64,000 nt of DNA from Microbacterium sp. (GTDB lineage: Bacteria > Actinomycetota > Actinomycetes > Actinomycetales > Microbacteriaceae): contig JAGIAK010000004.1 in the NCBI GenBank assembly GCA_017744855.1, positions 811 through 64,810 on the forward strand, written 5' to 3'. Below the pieces are notes generated by a model that saw only the letters and a list, made by a program, of their open reading frames with translations, ran no database searches and was not told the DNA's origin. Shown piece by piece: positions 59,743 through 64,000 of the stretch (positions are counted from its first letter, which is position 1; each line of letters starts with the position of its first letter). A program made the translations under genes and the position numbers.

Positions 59743-61008
59743 ATGAGTGATCTGCCCACCCCCCGCTCGGACGCGCCTCGCATTCGCGAGCTCGCCGAGA
59801 TCGGCGGCCGCTCCGACAGCCGTGACGTCCTCGCGCACGCCACCAAGCAGGCGAAGGAGGACTACGACGACTACTTCATCGTCGACATCGACGCGCACGT
59901 CTCCGAAGACCACTTCTGGGGCGAGGTGCTCGACCTCATCGACAACGACGTATGGCGCGACCTGGGCCTCAGCCAGTTCCACGGGTTCGGCGGCAACAAC
60001 GCCCTGCTGAACATCCAGCCCGGCATGTCGCACCAGAGCGTCGGCGGACGCATCGGCCACCAGGGCCGCAAGGAGCCGGTCGACCCCGCAGAGGGGCACC
60101 CGTTCGTCACGGCGGCCCGCCGCGGCATGGACGCCATGGGCCTCGACTACCAGGTCGTGTTCCCCAGCGCGATGCTGATGCTGGGCATGCACCCGCAGGA
60201 CGAGGTGGAGGTCGTGCTCGGTCGGGCGTTCAACCGCTGGCTCACCGAGGTCATCCTGCCGCCCAACCCCCGCCTCAAGGGCATGCTCTACCTGCCCTAC
60301 AACACCCCCGAGGTGTGCGAGGAGCTCGTCGAGAAGTACGCCGACGACCCGGGCATCATCGGGTACACGGTGTGCTCGACGCGCAACAACCCGGTGCACT
60401 CCGACGTGTACACCCGCCTCTACAAGCTGATCGAGGACAGCGGCAAGCCGCTCGCGTTCCACTCCGGCTACCACTGGGGCGACCCGTCGTTCTCGCAGCT
60501 GAACCGCTTCCTGTCGATGCATGCGCTGTCGTTCACGCACTACAACCAGATCCACGTCACCAACTGGATCATCAACGCGATGCCCGAGCGCTTCCCCAAG
60601 CTCAAGATGGTGTGGGTCGAGAGCGGTCTCGCGTGGATCCCCTTCCTCATGCAGCGCCTGGACCACGAGGTGCTCATGCGTCCGAGCGAGGCGCCAGGCC
60701 TGACGCGGCTGCCGAGCGAGTACATGAAGGAGATGTGGTACACGACGCAGCCGATGGAGCGCACCAACATGGAGCTGCTCGAGGCGACGATGAAGTCGTT
60801 CAACGCCGAGACCCAGCTGCTGTACTCGTCGGACTGGCCGCACTGGGACTGGGACGCGCCGTCCACGATCACCCGGCTGCCGTTCCTCTCGGAGCAGGCC
60901 AAGCGCAACATCCTCGGGTTGAACGCCGCCCGCGTGTTCAACCTCCCCACCGACCGACAGAAGCCATCCGCCGAGCAGGTGCTCGCGGAGCGACCAGGGA
61001 TCTCGTGA
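59743..61008 (+). CDS. Amidohydrolase-fold protein, candidate dinuclear metal oxygenase
   Basis: DIDAH, FHSG, WVESG and SSDWPHWD motifs; upstream of a Rieske protein. Confidence 0.75.
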   Translation: MSDLPTPRSDAPRIRELAEIGGRSDSRDVLAHATKQAKEDYDDYFIVDIDAHVSEDHFWGEVLDLIDNDVWRDLGLSQFHGFGGNNALLNIQPGMSHQSVGGRIGHQGRKEPVDPAEGHPFVTAARRGMDAMGLDYQVVFPSAMLMLGMHPQDEVEVVLGRAFNRWLTEVILPPNPRLKGMLYLPYNTPEVCEELVEKYADDPGIIGYTVCSTRNNPVHSDVYTRLYKLIEDSGKPLAFHSGYHWGDPSFSQLNRFLSMHALSFTHYNQIHVTNWIINAMPERFPKLKMVWVESGLAWIPFLMQRLDHEVLMRPSEAPGLTRLPSEYMKEMWYTTQPMERTNMELLEATMKSFNAETQLLYSSDWPHWDWDAPSTITRLPFLSEQAKRNILGLNAARVFNLPTDRQKPSAEQVLAERPGIS

Positions 61009-61009
61009 C

Positions 61010-61321
61010 ATGACCACCGACACCACCACCGCCCCCGCCGTCGCCGAGCTGGACGGCCTCGTCGCCCGTCTCGGCGAGCTCACCGCGCAGATCTCCGCCG
61101 AGGAGCGCGGCGCCGAGGTCTCCGACGAGCAGATCGCCGACGTGCTCTACGCCGCCGCGCGCCTGTTCTCGGCGAAGACCGACCGCGTCGGCAAGATCTC
61201 GTGGCCCATCCGCGAGGACGCGCTGAACGCCACCGAGACCGTCGTCCTCGTCACGGCGCTGCTCGACGCGGCCGACGTGAATCTCTTCGACATGGCCATC
61301 TGGTACCGGAGGGCCGAATGA
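61010..61321 (+). CDS. Small hypothetical protein
   Basis: 103 aa with typical codon bias; tightly packed between neighbours (1-nt gap, then ATGA overlap). Confidence 0.75.
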   Translation: MTTDTTTAPAVAELDGLVARLGELTAQISAEERGAEVSDEQIADVLYAAARLFSAKTDRVGKISWPIREDALNATETVVLVTALLDAADVNLFDMAIWYRRAE

Positions 61322-61707
61322 GCGCCCAGGTCGTGCGCAGAGACGTCGTGGTCGCGAGCCTCGCCGACCTCGCCCAGCGCGAGCGCATCGTCGTCGACGT
61401 CGACGGCACCGAGCTGGGTCTGTACTTCCACGCCGAGCAGGTGCGTGCCTGGTACAACGTGTGCCCGCACCAGGGCGGCCCGGTCTGCCAGGGCAAGATC
61501 ATGCCGCGCACCGTGCAGCTCGTGCGCGGTGAGGGCGGTCTGAAGAGCGGCGGACCCGGGTTCCACCCGACCGACCGCAACATCGTCTGCCCGTGGCACG
61601 GCTTCGAGTTCGACATCCTCACCGGCAAGCATCCCGCCGACCAGCGGGTCGGCCTGCGCCCCGCGCGCGTGCGGGTCGACGGCGACGACGTCATCGTCAC
61701 GATCTGA
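61318..61707 (+). CDS. Rieske [2Fe-2S] ferredoxin
   Basis: CPHQGGP and CPWHGFEF ligand motifs. Confidence 0.92.
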   Translation: MSAQVVRRDVVVASLADLAQRERIVVDVDGTELGLYFHAEQVRAWYNVCPHQGGPVCQGKIMPRTVQLVRGEGGLKSGGPGFHPTDRNIVCPWHGFEFDILTGKHPADQRVGLRPARVRVDGDDVIVTI

Positions 61708-61766
61708 GTCCGGTCGCCGCCGGCCCGTGCGGCGTGCCGCTCCCGGCCCACGCGCGACCCTTCGCA

Positions 61767-61812
61767 CGACGCGCCACTTCCCGATTCCCGCGAATCGGGA
61801 AGTGGCGCGTCG
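61767..61812 (+). terminator. Strong hairpin closing the ABC-oxygenase operon
   Basis: 21-bp stem CGACGCGCCACTTCCCGATTC/GAATCGGGAAGTGGCGCGTCG. Confidence 0.8.
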
Positions 61813-61882
61813 CGTGCGTGGTGGCGCGGTGCGACAGCCGTGGCGCAGCGGGAACGCAGGATGCGGGTTCTAGGCTTGTCCC

Positions 61883-62386
61883 GTGAGCGAGTACATCGTG
61901 CGGCCGGCGCGCAGCGCCGACGTGGTCGGCATCCGGAACCTCCTGCAGCCGATGGTCGAACAGCGCATCCTCCTCGGCAAGGACCTCGCCGTGCTGTACG
62001 GCGCCGTGCAGGAGTTCGTGGTCGCCGAGGCCGACGGCGAGCTCGTCGGATGCGGTGCGCTGCACGTGTTCTGGGAGGACCTCGGCGAGGTGCGCACCCT
62101 GATGGTGCGCGACGACTGGCTGCACCACGGCGTCGGCGGCGCGATCGTCGACCGGCTCGAGGAGCACGCCCGCGTGCTCGGGCTCAGCCGCCTCTTCTGC
62201 CTCACGTTCGAGACGACGTTCTTCGGCCGTCGAGGCTTCACGCCGATCGGCGAGCAGGTCGTCGACCCCGACGTGTACTCCCAGCTGCTGCGCAGCGGCG
62301 ACGCGGGTGTCGAGGAGTTCCTCGATCTCGCGCACGTGAAGCCGAACACGCTCGGCAACACCAGGATGCTCAAGCGCCTCGGTTAG
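61883..62386 (+). CDS. argA: Amino-acid N-acetyltransferase (short actinobacterial ArgA type)
   Basis: GCGALHVFWEDLGEVRTL and FCLTFE..FF motifs. Confidence 0.8.
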   Translation: MSEYIVRPARSADVVGIRNLLQPMVEQRILLGKDLAVLYGAVQEFVVAEADGELVGCGALHVFWEDLGEVRTLMVRDDWLHHGVGGAIVDRLEEHARVLGLSRLFCLTFETTFFGRRGFTPIGEQVVDPDVYSQLLRSGDAGVEEFLDLAHVKPNTLGNTRMLKRLG

Positions 62387-62395
62387 CCTGGATCC

Positions 62396-63046
62396 ATGCC
62401 CTCGCCCTCCGCAGCCGTCTATCGTCGTCGGCGCGTGGTGTTCTTCGGCGGGCTCGTCGTGCTCGTGGCCGTGATCGGCCTCGTGATCTGGCTGATCGTG
62501 GCGCAGCCGTGGGCGCACGGCTCGGCGAAGCCCGCGCCCACGCCGTCCGACACGGTCGCGACATCGCCGACCCCGACGGACACGGGAGCGGAGCAGTCGC
62601 CGAGCGCCGACCCGACCACGGGGGAGACGCCCGGCATCGCGGCGTGCGACGCGAAGGACATCGTCGTCGAGGCGGTGACGGATGCCGACAGCTACCAGGC
62701 CGGGGTGCTCCCGAAGCTGTCGATCTCGCTCACCAACAAGGGCGCGGCCGACTGCACGATCGACGTCGGTTCGGCCACGCAGGTTTTCACGGTCGCGAGC
62801 GGCGACGACGTGTGGTGGCGGTCGACCGACTGTCAGGAGAACCCCAGCAGCATGATCGCGACGCTCGCCGCGGGGGCGACGGTCGTGAGCAAGGACCCGG
62901 TGGTCTGGGACCGCACCCGGTCGAGCGTCGAGTCGTGCGCGCAGGAGAACCGGCCTCGGGCGCCGGGCGGCGGCGCCTCGTACCACGTGGCCGTGCAGAT
63001 CGGCGGCTTCGCCTCGGTGGCGACGAAGCAGATCCTGCTCTACTGA
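62396..63046 (+). CDS. Conserved actinobacterial membrane-anchored hypothetical protein
   Basis: YRRRR followed by a TM helix, Pro/Thr linker and Cys-containing extracellular domain (WRSTDC). Confidence 0.8.
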   Translation: MPSPSAAVYRRRRVVFFGGLVVLVAVIGLVIWLIVAQPWAHGSAKPAPTPSDTVATSPTPTDTGAEQSPSADPTTGETPGIAACDAKDIVVEAVTDADSYQAGVLPKLSISLTNKGAADCTIDVGSATQVFTVASGDDVWWRSTDCQENPSSMIATLAAGATVVSKDPVVWDRTRSSVESCAQENRPRAPGGGASYHVAVQIGGFASVATKQILLY

Positions 63047-63116
63047 GCACGTCGAATACAGCATCGCACTCACATTTCGTGCAGACAGGCTCCCACTTTT
63101 GGGATACCATTGACTT

Positions 63117-63254
63117 GACTCTCGGGACTATGCGGCAACATGCCATCCCCAGTGGCGTCGACTTACAGCGTCCCCAGCGCTTCGACATCGCCGTTCGAGA
63201 GTCGGAGGGCCCTCTCGAGTACCCCAGTCCCCAATGGAGGACTCGAGAGGGCCC
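63117..63254 (+). ncRNA. Candidate structured small RNA with three UCCCCA-loop hairpins
   Basis: TACCAT -10 at 63105; outer stem GACTCTCG/CGAGAGTC; loops TCCCCAG, TCCCCAG, TCCCCAA; terminal 14-bp stem. Confidence 0.55.
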
Positions 63255-63273
63255 CAATCGTTAAGCTGGAGTC

Positions 63274-63675
63274 ATGGCAGCGAAGAGGGCGAAGAAGAAG
63301 CCGGCACCCGAGGATTTCCGATCGGATGCGCTGGCCCAGGCCCTCGAGAAGCAGGACGTCGCCGCCGTCGCCCTCGCGCTGCGTCACGGCACCACCGTGG
63401 TGCCGCTGATCACGCCTGGCGCCCGCGACAACCCCCTCGACACCGGCGAGGTGTGGACGTACCGCGACCCGAAGAGCGGTGATCTCGCGCTGCTGCTGTT
63501 CAGCGACGCGAAGAACAAGCCGGCCAACCTGCCTCCCGGCATCGGCATCTACACGGCCGACTGGCTGCGGACGTTCCTGTCGACGCACCCGATCACCACG
63601 GTGTTCCTCGACATCGCCGGCCCGCATCCCATGCAGGCCTCTCCCGACGAGCTGCTGAAGGCCCTCGAGGTCTGA
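63274..63675 (+). CDS. SseB-like protein
   Basis: VVPL..ALLLFSD..VFLDIAGP pattern; TAAGCT 6 nt before ATG suggests a leaderless transcript. Confidence 0.7.
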   Translation: MAAKRAKKKPAPEDFRSDALAQALEKQDVAAVALALRHGTTVVPLITPGARDNPLDTGEVWTYRDPKSGDLALLLFSDAKNKPANLPPGIGIYTADWLRTFLSTHPITTVFLDIAGPHPMQASPDELLKALEV

Positions 63676-63748
63676 GCCGGCCCTAGGGTCTGTGCTGCGC
63701 CCGGGAGTGCGGGAACTGCGCGGTCTCCGGCCGCGCGGGCGCGGCGGC

Positions 63749-64000
63749 TCAGAACGGCGGGATGTCGCGCTCGTCGCGCCGTGACGTGCTGCGTGCACGG
63801 ACGTCGGTGAGCGCCGCGCGGAGCGTCTTCGAGCGGTCGTCGACCACCTGCTCGTACCCGAGCCGCGCGGCCTCCGAGCGCCGCTGAGCCGCCTGCGTCA
63901 CCGGACGGATCTCACCGGCGAGGCTCAGCTCGCCCACCGCGGCGACCGTGCGCGGCACCGCGCTGTGCTGGATGGACCCCGCGACGGCGACCGCGATCGC
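63749..64000 (-). CDS. radA: DNA repair protein RadA, C-terminal fragment (continues beyond the window)
   Basis: GELSLAGEIRPV..RRSEAARLGY C-terminal motif. Confidence 0.9.
   Translation of the reverse strand, partial: AIAVAVAGSIQHSAVPRTVAAVGELSLAGEIRPVTQAAQRRSEAARLGYEQVVDDRSKTLRAALTDVRARSTSRRDERDIPPF

Noticed and set aside
38600-61812. Aromatic block as a prophage, ICE or transposon
   Set aside because: No integrase, transposase, tRNA target or flanking att repeats seen, and composition resembles the host; kept only as an accessory block.
63110-63135. HAIR-like (HspR) box at CTTGACT
   Set aside because: The second half-site and spacing do not match CTTGAGT-N7-ACTCAAG.

Overview
High-GC (about 70% by eye) actinobacterial chromosome segment. 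Gene content and order (galETK, pgm, pheA, clpC1, short argA, radA) point to Microbacteriaceae, probably Microbacterium (inference). From left to right it holds: a flavin monooxygenase; a TetR-amidohydrolase-peptide ABC operon; a DUF559-like nuclease gene inside an array of five ~83-bp-period hairpin repeats; a polyamine/amine catabolic cluster; a ROK-deacetylase-MFS operon; a 2.3-kb three-gene cassette bracketed by direct repeats; the Leloir galactose genes; housekeeping genes up to clpC1; a ~23-kb aromatic-catabolism block; then argA, a candidate structured sRNA, an SseB-like gene and the 3' end of radA. The cassette encodes a hidden 37-aa peptide ending in GWKW, an MFS exporter and a CPF-motif DUF6875-like protein, and is the best candidate for an undescribed RiPP-like system. 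The aromatic block contains a GIY-YIG nuclease flanked by REP-like doublets, a shared activator-type palindrome at four promoters, and an amidohydrolase-fold/Rieske putative oxygenase. The 9-mer CGGATGCCG appears strongly over-represented across the window. I found no rRNA, tRNA, CRISPR array, transposase or integrase. All family assignments come from recognising motifs by eye, not from database searches.
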